Shown here in pieces: positions 1-13,217 of a stretch of 64,000 nucleotides of DNA. Both the position numbers and the translations under genes were made by a program. Source of the stretch: Cyanophora paradoxa CCMP329 (taxonomy: Eukaryota > Plantae > Glaucophyta); assembly GCA_004431415.1 (NCBI GenBank), contig QPMI01000451.1, positions 62,001 through 126,000 on the forward strand, written 5' to 3'. Position 1 is the stretch's first letter. Each line of letters begins with the position of its first letter. The notes below the pieces were generated by a model, which worked only from the letters and a program-made list of their open reading frames with translations, made no database searches and was not told the origin of the DNA.

Positions 1-750
1 CTTTCCCGAGTTCTTCGAATCAGTCCGTCCCGGCAGGATCCCAAGCGCTGGCTAGTACTCCCGGAAATTAAAGAGCTCTGCCTGCCCCCTCGTTCGCCCC
101 CCCCCCCCCCCCCCCCCCCCCCCCACTCTCTGCCCCCCAACCTCCCAACAACAACAACAAATCGAGCGTAGCCATGGCCAGCCTGAGCACGTAGCGTTGC
201 TTTTTGCTGTAGCTACTGTGTGAAGAGCAGTCTACACTACCGGGAGCTGCCCTGGTGCGAGAGCAGTCTACAGCAGTGCGCGCAGGTGCCCTGGAGCGTC
301 GGCCTGCTCGGCGGCTGATCGTCCTCCGCCCGCGCAGGCGCTCCTCTGGGTGGGAGGCTCGTCGATCGAGTGCGCCCCCGTTTGATTTCATTTGGATCTC
401 AAGACCTTTCGATTTCGATCTGACCCACTTCGCCCCTGGCGCAGGCTGACTCCATGTCGGGCCCCTCCGTGGGCCTGTAGGGGCTCCCGCCACCGCCCCG
501 AGACGACCCCCGCCGCCACAAGACGCGATGCAGCACCACGCCGCGCATGCGGGCACCTGTAGCTATTTAGCTGGCCAGAGTGTCCGCGGGGAGGCGCATT
601 ACTCTCCTCAGGGGGCCACGCAGGGCCCGGCCGGCCGGCTTGCTGGTGGGCTGGGCCCGCGGCCGCGGCGGCCGCAGTGTACATTCCCACACTTGTAGCC
701 CGGACCTGCGTCTTAAGTACGTGTCCAAATGCGTCTACACTACTTCTACA

Positions 751-3229
751 CTACTTGCGCTGCCAGCGGGTGCCTGTGGGGGAGTCCAGGAGGACGTAGC
801 CGGCTGCTGCAAAGACATCGCGGATCTCGTCGCTGCGCTTGAAGTCCTTCCCCTTGCGGGCGGCAGCGCGTTCCTCAATGAGGCGCTCCCACTCGCGCAC
901 AGTCGCCTCGTCGAGGCCGTCGGTCTCACCGAAGTCGGAGTGGACGGCAGGCCCCGTAGCGAGCGCCTCCGCCGGCACCTCGTAGAAGATTCCGAGCACC
1001 GAGTCCACGTCCTCTAGCAGCCCCACCACCTGCCGCTCCCTAACGCCCCGCCCCCCACCCCACGACCCACACGCCGCACCGCCCCTGCTCCGACCATCGT
1101 GAGAGTCCCCTTGCGAAGAGCTTGCTCGGCCTTGCCTGGGAGTGGGGCGTGAGAGGTTGGGGAGGGCGGCGGGACCAGCCGGCGGACCGACGAGCTCAAA
1201 GATGGCCGCGGTGGCGCGCGGCGTGTTCAAGTCTGCAGGGGCTCTCAAAAAATGAGGCGACAGCGAGGACAGCAGGCGCGGGGCGGCCGGCTGGACCGTC
1301 GTTCATGTGGCGGAGGAAGGCGCGGCGGGTGGCCTCGACCCACTGGGCGGCCTCCCCGACGTCACCTGCGGGGCCGGCGGCGACGACCTCGGCAAGGGAG
1401 GCGCGGAGGGCGTCGAGGCGGCGCAGCGTCTTGGCGGCCGCCTCCATCGAGTCATCGCTGAAGCTCAGCGTGCTGCGGCGCCGGCTGGTCGGCAGAGCGA
1501 GGGCAGGGAAGGGAGGGGGGAGCGGGGCGGGCGGACGAGCGGTACTGGGAGGAGACGACGAGGTAGCGGAAGGCGCGGGCATCCTCGGCGCGCCGCACCA
1601 GGTCCCGCACCGTCACGAAGTTGCCCAGGCTCTTCGACATCTGCAGCCACTCTCGCCGCGCCCCGCGCCCCGGCCGGCGCCGCCCCCGCGCGCCTTCTCG
1701 TCGTTGATGTTGACAAAGCCGTTGTGGATCCAATAGCGCGCGAAGGGAGCCCGCCCCGTTGCTGCTTCGCTCTGTGCGATCTCGTTCTCGTGGTGGGGGA
1801 ATACAAGGTCAACGCCGCCCGAGTGGATGTCGAGCTCTGAGTCGGCGTGAGGGCGGCCGGGGGCCAGCGCCGGCGGGGCGGGCGGGGCGCGCCGTCGCCG
1901 AGGTACTTCGTGCTCATGCAAGAGCACTCGAGGTGCCAGCCGGGGCGGCCGCGCCCGAAGCGGGCAGAGCCGGGCCAGCAGACCTCGCCGTCGGCCTCCT
2001 TCCAGGACTTCCAGAGGACGAAGTCGCGCGGGCTCGCCTTGTCGTACTCGTCGGCGTCCACGCTCGCCCTGCGCCCCGTCGGCCCCCGCCGCCCCACCGA
2101 CGCGCCGGCGGCGGCACCCGAGCTGCATGCCGTCGAAGTCGAGGCGGGCGAGCTTGCCGTAGCCCTTGAAGGATGCGACGCTGAAGTAGACCGACCCGTC
2201 CTGCCGCCCGCCTCAGCGCGCCACAGGCGGGGCCCGGTGCGGGCGCTCCCCGGCCGCGCGGGGTCGGCGGGGTCGGCGGGCCTTCTCGTAAGCGTGGCCC
2301 CGCTCCATGAGGCGCTCGACCATGGCGATCATCTCCGGGACGTGGTCCGTCGCCCGCGGGTACACGTCCGCCGGCGCGATGTTCAGCGTCCGCATGTCCG
2401 CGAAGAACGCCTCCGTGTACGTCCCCGTGAGCTCCTGCGGCCCGCCTCGGCCCCCGCGCGCGGCGGGGGCGGCGGGGGCGGCGCCTTCAGCGAGGTCCCC
2501 TCGGCCTGCATGCGCTTGATGATCTTGTCGTCGATGTCCGTGATGTTCACCACGTGCGTCACCTCGTAGCCCCGGTACTTAAGGTACCTGCCGCGCCGCT
2601 CGCCGGCACCACGACGGCCCCGCGCACCCCGCGCCTGCGGACCGCTTGAGGACGTCGTAGGTGAGGAAGGCGCGGAAGTTGCCGATGTGCGCGAAGTTGT
2701 AGACTGTCGGGCCGCAGCTGTAGAAGCGCACACGCTTCCCCTCCGGATCGATCGTCCGGAAGACCTCCTTCTCCCGCGACATCGTATTGTAGAGGCGCAG
2801 CTCCCGCAGCGCCGCCTCCTGCCGCCCCGCCCCGATCGCGCATTTCCCGCGCCGGCCGGTTCGTGCGCATCGCACCTCGGACGCTTCGTGCTCGGCGACG
2901 GCCGGCGCCCCGCCCGATGCAGCCGCGACGGTCATGCGCTGCAAGAATCGATCAGCGTGGGCGGCGGTCGCCGCGAGGACGGCGCGCGCCTGTACTCGCG
3001 AAGTGCCGGGAGCTAGAGCACTGGGAGAGACAAGCTGGAACCGGATGCGCTGGCCGACTAGCGACGAGGCCTCCCAGCAGTGCCGGACGCCCCGCGCGCG
3101 GCTACGCGCATACAGAAGGCCGTGCGCCGGCTTCGAGCTAGAGCACGAGCTGTTCGAGAAGCTGTCAACTGTGTCGGGCGTCCTCCCCTGCGCGACGGCG
3201 TCGGCTAGTGCAAGCTCGAGCCGCGCCAT
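751..3229 (-). CDS. cysS: Cysteinyl-tRNA synthetase, bacterial/organellar type, multi-exon, with N-terminal extension
   Basis: Exons encode [29 protein letters not shown] (HIGH-like), [47 protein letters not shown] and K|MSKSLGNF; C-terminal [10 protein letters not shown]...TRWQRK with stop at 751-753. Confidence 0.95.
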
Positions 3230-3489
3230 TCACGCACCGCACGCAAAGGCCTCGGAGCGGCGAGCTCCAGCGAGAACGCCAGCATTTCTGCAGGCCGCTT
3301 CGCGCGCCCGGCTGAATCTGCCGGCTCAGCAATCGCGTACCCAACCGGGCGAAATTTGATCACCACGCGGGTGCCGCGTGCGCATGCGCATGCGCCGGCG
3401 CCCACGCTGCCAGGCGCCGCTGCAACGCGATCGTATACGCCGTGACGTAATCGCAACGTTAACTCTCAGAGTCTGATCGTAATTCTGAT

Positions 3490-3659
3490 TAGCGCAGTGG
3501 TATAAGGTCGTGCTACGACCTCCCGGATTCCCGGGTTCGGTTCCTGCTGTTTCCGCTACGTTGTACTTCGAATCCCTGTGATTCCCGATACCGTGACTTG
3601 TATCCTCGTTGTGTACTACGAGTGGGCACGCCCACCGTAGATCTTTAAAAAAACAAAAA
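3490..3659 (+). mobile_element. tRNA-derived SINE, longer copy
   Basis: A-box TAGCGCAGTGG, B-box-like GGTTCGGTTCC, 3' hairpin GTGGGC-AC-GCCCAC and an A-rich tail; 14-bp TSD ATCGTAATTCTGAT at 3476-3489 and 3660-3673; second copy at 28520-28670. Confidence 0.85.
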
Positions 3660-3856
3660 ATCGTAATTCTGATCGTAATTAATATTCTCAGAGTCTGATC
3701 GCGACTCAGCTTTGAACAGGGTACAGGACAATCAAACAAAAAAAGCTACAGGCCTAGGGTGGCGGTTGCGTTTTATGCCATGATGATCAGCGCGCGGCGG
3801 TTGCGTTTCAGCGCTAGCGCGCGGCGGTTGCGTTTCAGGCGCCGGTTAGCGCGTGG

Positions 3857-3985
3857 ACCGGATAGAGGGGCTCCGTTCCCCAGGACTCTCCCGGCCCTTT
3901 GTTCACAGCGTCGAAGTCGTGCCGTATGCCGTAGTGTGTGCTGTACCCGTAGACGCGCGTCACAGGCCGTGTTTGTTCAATTGCA
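3857..3985 (-). repeat. Dispersed ~130-bp repeat, inverted copy of 47531-47658
   Basis: Near-identical reverse complement; both copies translate as AIEQTRPVTRVYGYSTHYGIRHDFDAVNKGPGESWGTEPLYPV. Confidence 0.9.
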
Positions 3986-4244
3986 ACGCGATCTCGATTT
4001 TTGCTTAATATATCTCGAAGCAACGCATGCACTGCGGCAGCTGCCAGGCTGAGCCCGGGCGACTCGGCGACGTCGACGTCGACGATTCACGCGATCTGCT
4101 GCCACAGATCTCGATCTAGAGTAGCCAGTACTAGAAGAGCTCGCTAGCGCTAGGGGCGGTTCACTCTCAAGACGTCGCGTGTCGCGCCAAAAATGCATCG
4201 ATATCATGTTCCGTGTCTTTATTCTGGGTTGGCTAGCTCGAGAT

Positions 4245-7200
4245 CTAGAGGGCGCCGGCGGTAGCAAAGAGCTGCTCCTCGACCGAGCGGACACTCTGAT
4301 GCAGCGAGATGGCGTCCGCCCCAACCGCCTCCGCCACCTGCCCGCGCGCTCCGCTCGCCCCGTCTGTCGTGCGAAGGCCGGCGGGGAGTCCGCACCGCGT
4401 CGAGTGTGATCGCGTAGGAGCGGTGGAAGACGCCACCGGCCGTCTGCCCGTACATCACATACCCCCGCCCCAGCCGCGGTCCCGCCCCCGCGCCCTGCCC
4501 CTCCACGCGCTCCGGCGGCGCCAGCTCGGGTGGTTGGGCGGGGTCGCCGGGCGGGGCGGCGGGGGCGGCGCGGGCGAGGCGCTCGAGGAGGTGCGCCACG
4601 TCCTGAATCGCTGCGAACCGCGTCGGGCGCCCACGCCCGCACGCCCCGCCGGGGCCCTCGCACCCCGCGTAACGTGCGTCGCCGTCTCGCCCGCCGGGGG
4701 AGGCCCCTCGGCGCTCGGGGCCGGGGCGTCGGGGTCGCTGGGCGGCGGAGCGGCCTCGTCGCGGGGCGGGGGGAGGACGTGCTCCAGGCAGAAGCGGACG
4801 TACGCCGGCACCTCGTGCGGCTCCAGGGCCCTCGCCTCCCTGCCGCCCCCTCGCAACGCCGCCGGCCCTCTCGGGGGCAGGCGCGCACGCGGGAGACCAC
4901 GGGATGCGCCCTGGCGGGTCGGGCCGCGCCCACCGCGCGAGCTGCCCGCTGGCCCAGGTCGCCCAGGGGGAGAGGTGGAGCTGGCCAAGCTGCGGGAGGG
5001 TGAGGGCGGCGGGGCAGGGACGAGGAGAGGTGCGCGCGGGTGCGGGGCGGGCGAGGGCGGCGGGGTCGTCGTCGAGGGCGTAGATGAGCTTCGCGGCAAC
5101 CTGGGCTCCCTCAGCCCCCCCCCCCCCCCCCCCCCTCCCCTCCCCTCTCGAGGGCCTGCGCCGCGCACCAGCAGCGCCGCTGCCACGCCCCACCCGCGGC
5201 ACGTCTCCTCCCGCGGCGGCTCGGCGCCGGCAGCCGCCTCCGCCGCACTCTCTTCGAGGCCCGCGGCCGACGGCTGCTTGCCCTTGCGCGGTGGCGGGGG
5301 CGGCGGTGCCGGGGCCGGCGGGGCGGCGAAGCGGATGAAGGCCTCGAGCTGCGGGCCGTCGCCCGTAGCGGGAAGGCGGGTCGGGGCGGGGCGCGCCTGG
5401 GGTCGCTTCGTGTTGGGCGGGAGGCGAAGGTCGACGAGGTCGAGCAGCTTGGCCGCCACCGCCGCCACCGCCCCTGCCGCCCGTCGCCCCGCCGCCCGCG
5501 CCGGCCGGCGGAGCGCGGCGCGCACCGGGGAGGCGCGTGGTGTGGGCGAGGCGGAAGAGGAGCGGGAGGGCGGGGTCGGGGGAGCGCGAGGCCGCAGAGA
5601 TCGCGCAGCACGCCCAGCGCGTTCTCCAGCTGCCGCACCCCGGGCACGCCCTGCCGGCCCCTCGCGCCCCGCCCGCGCGCCCCGCCGGGAGCCAGCTCGT
5701 ACCAGGGGCCGCAGGGGCGACGCGGCGGGGTCGTTGAGGAGACAGCGCCCGACACGGAGGCCGGCGGGGAGGCGGCGGTACGCGGCGAGGTACGGCAGCT
5801 CGCCTGCCCGCGCCCACCTGCAGCCCCACTCGCCGCCCGCCCCGGCGCGCCCGGCGGCGGCGCGGGGCGCGGCGCGCACCGGACGAAGTCGATGGGGAGA
5901 AGGGGCTCACGCAGCCAGGCGCAGGCCGCGAAGCAGATGGCGAGCGTCCACGCCGGCCTGCCGCCCCATCGCCCCCGAGCGCGGCGCGACGCGGCGCAGC
6001 AGCGGGCGGCGTGGAGCGCGCCCATGCAGGAAGTGCCGGGCGCGCCGCGCCTCCTTCCCCGTCCTGCCCCGCTGCTGCGCGCCCCTCTTCTGCGCAGCAC
6101 GCCATTAAGCAGGGGGGCGGGGGCAGCGGCAACGGCGGCGGCAGCAGCGGCTTCGGTGGCGTGCCCGGGGCCGGAGGGCGCGGGGCCCGTAGACCGCGAC
6201 GGCGAGCTGCTCGGGCGCCACGTCGAGCGCCGCCGCAGCCGCCCCTGCCGGCACCGCCGCCTCCTCCTCGTCGCCGCCCCCCTCGCCGCGCCCCGCGAGC
6301 GCCCTGGCAGCCTCCTCCTCCACGCCCTCGCTGTCCCCAGCCTCCGCACTGGCGCCGCGGGCGCCGCGCTTGCGCTTCCGGCCGCCCCGGCCGCTGAATT
6401 TGCTGCCGACAGCGTCGGCGAGGGCGCGGGCAGTAGCGGGGTTGGCGCACGCGATTGCACGGCGCTGCGACCGAGCGAAGCGGCCGGTCTCGGGGGCCGG
6501 TCCCCGCAGGCGGGCGGCGGGCGCCTCGCCGGCCTCGTCCTCCTGCACGGCGAGCGCGGCCTCTTCGCCGCTGCCGGCCGCATCTCCGGCCTCCCCCGCC
6601 TCGTGCTCCCCGTCCTCGCGCTCTTCCTCGGCGGCGCCTTCGGCGGGCACCGCCGTGGGCAGCTCCTCGCCATCCCGCTCGCCGCCGTCCTCTACCGCCT
6701 CACCCTCCTCATCGACGGCGGCGGTGTCATCCTCGCCGCCCTCCTCCCCATCCCCCTCCCCCTCCTCGCCGCGGCGGGCGGAGCGCCGGTGCGGCCGCGC
6801 AGAGCCGACTCGGTACATGTTCGACTTGTCGTCCACGAGGTGGATGATGTCGGACAGGCGCGCCCCGTGCCCCGCCGACACCTCGAGGTACCGGAACCAT
6901 ATGTCCCCCGCGCACTCCCGCACTGCCTCCGGCACCTGCGCCCCCGGCTCGTCGCGCGCGGGAGCGGACGGGGGCGTTACGCCGCGCACGTTGAAGCGCT
7001 GCACGAGCGCGTCCAGCTGCATCTTCATAATGAGCTGGAATCCCTCGTTGTACATCCGCGCGTCCTCCTCCGGCGACGTTTCCGGCAGCGAGTTCTCCGC
7101 GTCCCGCTGTGCCGCGATCTCTGCGGGAGGCGTCAGCCCCTGCTTGCGCGGCGCAACGCTGTGCGCGCCTTTGAGTTTCTGTCGAATCTCTTCGCTCTGT

Positions 7201-7443
7201 CGCGGCTCGCGCCGCTGCGTCTTCTGGCCTCCGATCGAGAGCACGCCCTTCGCCTGCTCGGTCTGCTCATCGCGAAAGTCCTGCGCGTACGACTAAGCGA
7301 GCGCCAGCCTGCAACTTGCTGTGCGTACGCACATGGGATTGGAAGCCGCACACGCTGCAGACGAGGAGGCCCTGCTCCTCCTTGAACTCGAACGTACCGA
7401 CCTGCCGACATATGCGGCACGGCGGCTGGGCCGCGGTGGCCAT
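4245..7443 (-). CDS. TAF1B: RNA polymerase I initiation factor TAF1B/Rrn7 (TFIIB-like), multi-exon
   Basis: N-terminal Zn ribbon CRIC...GLLVCSVCGFQS, then EGFQLIMKMQ...GDIWFRYL and TLAICFAACAWLREPLLPIDFVR|WARAGELPYLAAY, typical of Rrn7/TAF1B cyclin folds. Confidence 0.85.
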
Positions 7444-7642
7444 ACCGGGACGCTCCCGGCCGCCTAAACGAGCAGCTTTCAAGAGCTGCCACAGGCGTCA
7501 CGAGCGGGCCGAGGGGAGCAAGGGCCAGCTGGAGGGGTAGAGCGCCACAGGGTAGAGCGCCGGTTCGGTTTCGAGCATGTTGACGCTTAGAAAGAGCATG
7601 TTCGAATTCGTGCTTGTCGGCTCCGCGAGCGCAGTCCCTGCA

Positions 7643-10600
7643 ATGACGGCGCCTGGCCATGGGCGCTCGTCCCGGCGGCGCTCAAGCGCCTGGGTGCCGG
7701 GTGCATTGGATCTGCGTGCCCGGGCGCGCTTCCTCGAGCTAGCGAGCGAGCCATGCGAACACTCAGCTGCCGAGCGGGTGAGTATTGCATCCCGCACGAC
7801 GGTGCAGGCGTCAATCTCTGCGCAGCCGGCGACCGCGGCGGCGAAGGTACGAAACATGATCGGAGAGGATCTCGGGCTCCGCGTCCCCCTGGAGGTAAGG
7901 CGCGGCGCCGGTGGCGCTCTCCACATCTTGTCGCTGCAGCAGCAGGGCCGGGCCGCTCTGACGCTGGGCGCTTGAAGATGATCTCGCGCGCCACGGGCAC
8001 GGTCGCCCTGGAGACGCATCTCCTCTTCGTGCGCGAGGTCGCCGTCGCCTTTTTGGGGATGTTCCTGTGCTCCGCTCCCTTAATCCTCCTCTACGCATCC
8101 GGCCCTGTGCGGCCCGCCCGCCCCCGCCCCCGCCCGCTCCGCCTCATCGGTGCCACGCTCTAGGGGGACCCCGTCGAGGGGCCTCTGCCTGGCGCCGCTG
8201 CGACGACACTCGGCAACCTCGGGACCGGTACGCGCCGGCGGGGGCGGCACCGGCCGCACGCACTCTCGCCGGCGACTGGGCGGCGCGCAGGGCGGGCGAA
8301 CAGAACGTCGGGCGCGGGGGGGCCGGAGCGCGACGTGGTCTTCGCCCTCGGCCGCGTGCCCCTCCCGCGCGCCTCGTGCGCACGCGCGGCGATGCCGGCG
8401 GGCGGCCTGGGGCTGACGGCGGGGCAGCGTGGCGCTGCTGGCGGCCGGCGTGGACGCACTGGCGACCCTCTGCGGGGTGGCCGCACTCCTCCGCCTGCCC
8501 CGCCGCGTCCGCCCCGCCCCGCAAGCGCTCGGGGCGGCCGCTCATGGCCGGCAGCTCCGCGCCCTCGTCCGCGAGCGCACCGGCTGCATTGCGACCCTCG
8601 GTGCGGGTGGGGCGCGTGGGCGGGGCGCAGTGCGGGGGCGAGCTCGAGGGGCGGCAGGCTCGTACGGGGTGGAGGTGCGGGGCCTGCCGGCGGACGCGCG
8701 CGAGGGCGAGCTCCGCGCCTACTTCGAGGCCCTCCTCCCCGCCGCCGTCGTCGCCGAGGCCCGCCCCGCCCCGCACCGCCCTCGGCCCCGCGCGCCGGCG
8801 CAGAGGCGGCGCAGGTCGTCCTCGTGCGCGACAGCGCGCGCCTCGTCGACCTCTACCGCCGCCGCGCCGCCGCCCTCCGCCGCGTGCGCCCGCCCCGCCC
8901 CGCCCCGCCCCTGTCCGATGCCGCGCAGCTCGCCGCCGCCGAGGACCTCGTCCGCCGCAGCGGCGGCCGCCGCGGCGAGGCCGCCTTCCGTGCGCCCCGC
9001 GCCCTGGCCGCGCGGGGCGCGCCGGGGGCGCTGAGGCGGCGGGGCAGTGGGGGCGAACAGGAGACTCTTCAAGGCGAACCGGCGGATCGAGGAGGCGGCG
9101 GGGGAGGGGGCGCTCGCCGGCCAGCGCGTCCTGCTCGCCTACCTCACCTTCGAGAGGGCCGCCCACCAGCGCGACGCCATCGCCGCCTTCCGTTCCCTCT
9201 GGCCCCGCCACCGCCCCCCCGGTCCCGCCCCCGCCCGCCCCTCCCGCACGCCCCCCGGGCCGCGACGCGCCCCAGGTTGCGCGGCTGCGCCCTCCGCGTC
9301 TCGGCGGCGCCGGGTCCGTCGCCCAGCCGTCGCGGGCCCCGGCGCGCTGACCTCTCGCAGAGCCCGGCAGCATCCTGTGGGAGAACGTGCACGTGGCCGG
9401 CTGGTCGGCGGTCGGGCGCCGCCTCCTCGCAACGCTCGCCACAGCCCTCATCATCGGCGTGGCATTCGCTCTAGCCGCCGCGCTCTCATCCTCGTTCCCC
9501 CGCACCGCGGCCCCGGCGGCGGGGCCGTGCCCGGACGCGGCGGCGGCGGCTGAGGTGCTGGAGGCGGACGCGCGATGCAGGGCGGCGTACTGCGCGCAGC
9601 TCGGGCCGGCCGGCCTCGTCCGCGAGGCGGCGCGCTGCGGCCCCTTCGCCGCCGGCCCCGCCAGCACCGCCTCCTGGGCCGCCCTCACCGCCCTTCTCAG
9701 CTTCGCCGTCAACGCGCTCCTGCCGCCCCTCATCCGCCGTGCAGCCCGCCGGTCCCGCCCGGGCGCGCCGCCCCCGCCGACGGGGCGCAGGGCTGGTGCG
9801 CGTGGAGCGGCACGCGTCGCGGGCGGCCCTGAACGACTCGCTCGCCTGGAAGCGCGCCGCCCGGGCCCGGGGCGGGGCGGGGCGGGGGCTGACGGCGCGC
9901 AGGCTGCTGCTGGCGTCGTTGGCGAACACGGGCCTCGTAGCGCTGCTCGCCAATGCGCGCCTCGCCGGCGACGCCTGGGCCGATGCAGGCTGGGCGCCCC
10001 TCCTCCGCGGCGCCTTCCCCGACTTCACCCCGCGCTGGTACGCCGCGCTGGGCCCCAGCCTGGTGCGGGAGCCGGCTTCCCCTCCCCGCGGAGCGCCGCG
10101 GCGGCGTGACGGCGCGCAGATCGCTTCCGTGTGGCTCGCCGCCGCCGCGTGGCCCCTCCGCCTCCTCCTCCTCCGCCTCTGGCGCCTTGCCTCCGACCGC
10201 CTCGCGCGGCGCCGCGGCCGGCGCGCCGGGCCGGCGCAGGAGGGGGCGGGGCCCGGGGCGGAGGTGGAGGGGGCGGAGGGCGGGGCGGCGCTGGTGGGGG
10301 CGGCGGCGGTGGCGCTGCTCTTCTCGGGGGGATGCCGCTGGTTCTCGGGGCGTCGCCGCCGCCGCATCCGCCCACTACTTCGTCGAGAAGGCCGCCGCCC
10401 TCGCCTGGCGCCCCGCCCCCGCCCCTCCCTCCTCCCCGCCCCGCCCCTCTGCCCCCGCGCCGCCCTCATCGCCCCGCTCCTCCACCTCCCGCTCGGTGCC
10501 CCCGTCGCCGCCCCGCACCCGCGCCTTGAGATCGCGCGGCGCGGCGCTGACGGGGCGCGCGGCAGCGGCGTGGCAGCTCTCCGCGCCCTCGCTCTTTCCG

Positions 10601-11379
10601 TCGGACGTTGTGGCGGCGGGGGAGGTCCCGCAGGCCCTCACGGGGGGCGCCTGGGGCGGGGCCGCCGAGGGGTCGCCCCTGGGGGCGGCGCCGCGCCTGG
10701 GGCGCCTCGCCGTGCTGCCCCTCGTCCTCCTCTTCTGCATCGGCGCCTCCCTCCTCCTCCTGCACATCGCCCTCTCCCTCCTCTCCCTCTCCCTGCCCAG
10801 CCTCCTCCGCCGCGCCACCGCCGCCCTCCTCGCCCCGGCCCCCGAGCCCCTCGACGAGACCCTCCGCCCCTCCGACCTGCCCCCCCTCCGCACCAGTGCG
10901 CAGCGCTCTCGCGAGGGGGCGAGGCGGGGCGCTGACGGGCGGGTGTGCAGCGGTGCGGGAGCTGGAGGCGCGCGGATGGCTCACGTCGTACCGCATTGAC
11001 GCGAACCCCGCCTACGCGGGGCGCCTGCAGCTGCCGCCCGACTCCCGCCCCGCCTTCTACGCCCGGCGCGGCGCCTGCTGCGCCCTGCCCTGCCCGCCCG
11101 ACGCCGCCGCGGCACCCGGGGCCCTGGACCTCTTCCCCGCGCGGGTCGCCCCGCGGCGGCTCTCGCTGCTGCTGCTGGGCCCCGCGGGGGCCTCGGATGG
11201 GGAGGGGAGCGGGGGCGAGGGCTGGGGCGAGGGCGGCTCGGGCGGCTCGGGGGCGTCGGGGGCGTCGGGCCGGAGAGCGCGGGGAGCGCAAGCGACGCCG
11301 AGTTCGCCGCCCTCGTCGCCGCCCGCGCCAGCGGCCCCGCCTCCGTCACGGAGCTCCCCGCAGCCCCCCACGCTCTTAG
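7643..11379 (+). CDS. OSCA/TMEM63(CSC1)-like multi-pass channel protein, multi-exon; ends uncertain
   Basis: SYGVEVRGLP, LAYLTFE, EPGSILWENV, VERHAS, ANTGLVALL, FPDFTPRWY, LFSGGMP, YFVEK and SYRIDANPAY motifs with many hydrophobic segments. Confidence 0.65.
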
Positions 11380-11457
11380 CTGCTCTCGCTGAAATCCGCT
11401 GTTTTATATTCTCGTCCGGGGGCTTCTACGGGAAGGGTCGGGCTGGTGGGAGGGTCG

Positions 11458-11489
<32 letters not shown>

Positions 11490-11522
11490 GGGTCGCGGGG
11501 GGGGGGGGGGGGGGCGCCGGGC

Positions 11523-13095
11523 CTAGAGGAGGCGGGCGAGCTTGAGGGCGGCGAGGGCGAGGGCGACGAAGGCGGCCATGGCGCCCCACTGCCACCAGAA
11601 GAGGACGATCTCGCCCTGCGCGGCGCCCGTCGCCGGGTTGCTCTCCATCGGGACGGGCACGTTCATGCCGAAGAGGGCCGGCAGGAGGCTCGGGGGCAGC
11701 AGGACGGCCATCACCATGGAGAGGTTCTTGACGATCTCGTCCGACTTGGTCTGCGCGCGCGCCATCTCCAACATCGCCCGCGCGCTGTGCGTCGCCTGCA
11801 CCGACGCCAGCACCTCCCGCGCCGTCTCCGCCTGCTGCACCGCCGTCACCACGTGGTCCTCGATGTCCGTCAGGTACTGCCCCGCCCGTCAGGCCCGCCC
11901 CCGCCCCGCCCCCGCCCCGCCCCGCCGGCGCCCCGCCCCGCCCCGCACCGCCCGCATGTGGCGGCCCCGGAAGAGCTCGTCCCCCGCCTCGGGCGCCTGC
12001 CCGCCCGCCGCGCCTCCCCCGCCACCCCCAACCGCAGCAGCGCCCGCCGCTTCCGCTGCTGCCCGTCAGCCGCGCCTCGCCCCCGGCGGGCCCGACGCAC
12101 GTCGAGGATGGGTTGCAGCCGAGCCAGACGCTCCCGCGCGCTGGCGACCCTCTGCGACGCCGTGAGGTGCCGGGGGCGCGGGGCGCGGGGCGCGGGCGGA
12201 CCTGCTCGATGGGGCGCGGGCGGGGGAGCGCGGGGCGGGGCGGGCGCCGGGGCGGCCTCGAGCTCGAGGACCTCGGACTCCATGCCCTCGACCTGGGGGC
12301 GCGTCGGGCGCGGCGGCGGCGGCGGCGCGGGGGCGCACGAGGCGGACGATGCACTGGACGTGAGCGTAGAGGGCGTCCGTGATCGCGTCCATCGCCGCGT
12401 GCGCCGCCCAGTCGCCCCCGCAGCGCCCCCCCGCCCGCGCCCGCTTCGCCGCCGCCGCGAGGGCGGGGGCGGGGCGCGCGTGGAAGGTCGCCAGGAGGTC
12501 CGGGAAGACGACCATCACGCACGCCACCAGCGCCGTCTCCCCGGCCCCTGCCCCCCCCACGCCGCTCGCACCCGTCCGCGGGAGAGCCGAGAGCGCGCAC
12601 GCGCGCGCGCGCCGCGCACGCAGGCTCTCGTCCACCATCATCACCACGAGGCTCACGTAGTTCCCCATCCGCGACACCGAGTCCGCCGCCGCGTCCAGCG
12701 CCAGGCACGCCTTCGTCGTCAGCGGGTGCAGGCAGAACCTGCCGACAGCGTCGACGTTGGCGCGGCCCGGAAGCCCGCGGAAAGAAGGCGCACAGAGCCT
12801 GCAGCCACTGCAGGTCCTCCTCGTGCGGCCCCTCGACGTCGATCCAGGCCGGCTGCGTGTCTGTCGGCATGACGACAGCGCGCGATGGATGCAAACGCAC
12901 CATGTCAGGGGAGCGGCGTGCGATGGCGTCGCACAGTGCCGGGAGGGATGCGTGCTCCGTCGGGAGTCCCTGCGGGTCGTACGTGACGACCCTGCTCGAC
13001 CGCAGGTCCACCTGCCCGGCGATTGAGTCTGCACGCGCCGAATGCACCGCAGAAGCCCGCTCTGAGCGCACCGGAGGTAGCGAGCGTGCGTCCAT
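11523..13095 (-). CDS. CorA/ZntB/Alr-family Mg2+ transporter, multi-exon
   Basis: WIDVEGP, FCLHPLT, YLTDIEDH and a C-terminal TM with LLPPSLLPALFGMNV (GMN signature), followed by a second TM. Confidence 0.9.
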
Positions 13096-13217
13096 CCGTA
13101 AACTTTCACAAACACTGATCGTCGCGCGTTCGATCGCCGCTCGGAGACTTCATTTGTCTGGCCGCGCCAAGGACCAGGACGAGGCAGCTGTACCCCTGTC
13201 TAGAAGATCAAATCCCA

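Noticed and set aside
1-700. Short ORFs and poly-C region before CysRS
   Set aside because: No recognisable motif or element boundary; may be a TE remnant, but unsupported.
3490-3560. Possible functional tRNA-Ser(GCT) gene
   Set aside because: No acceptor stem, non-canonical T-loop, A-tail and TSD; better explained as a SINE head.
11459-11515. Long G/C homopolymer runs (also ~97-124, ~37997-38028, ~48958-48982, ~56056-56077) as regulatory G-quadruplexes
   Set aside because: No functional evidence, and run lengths are unreliable in long-read assemblies.
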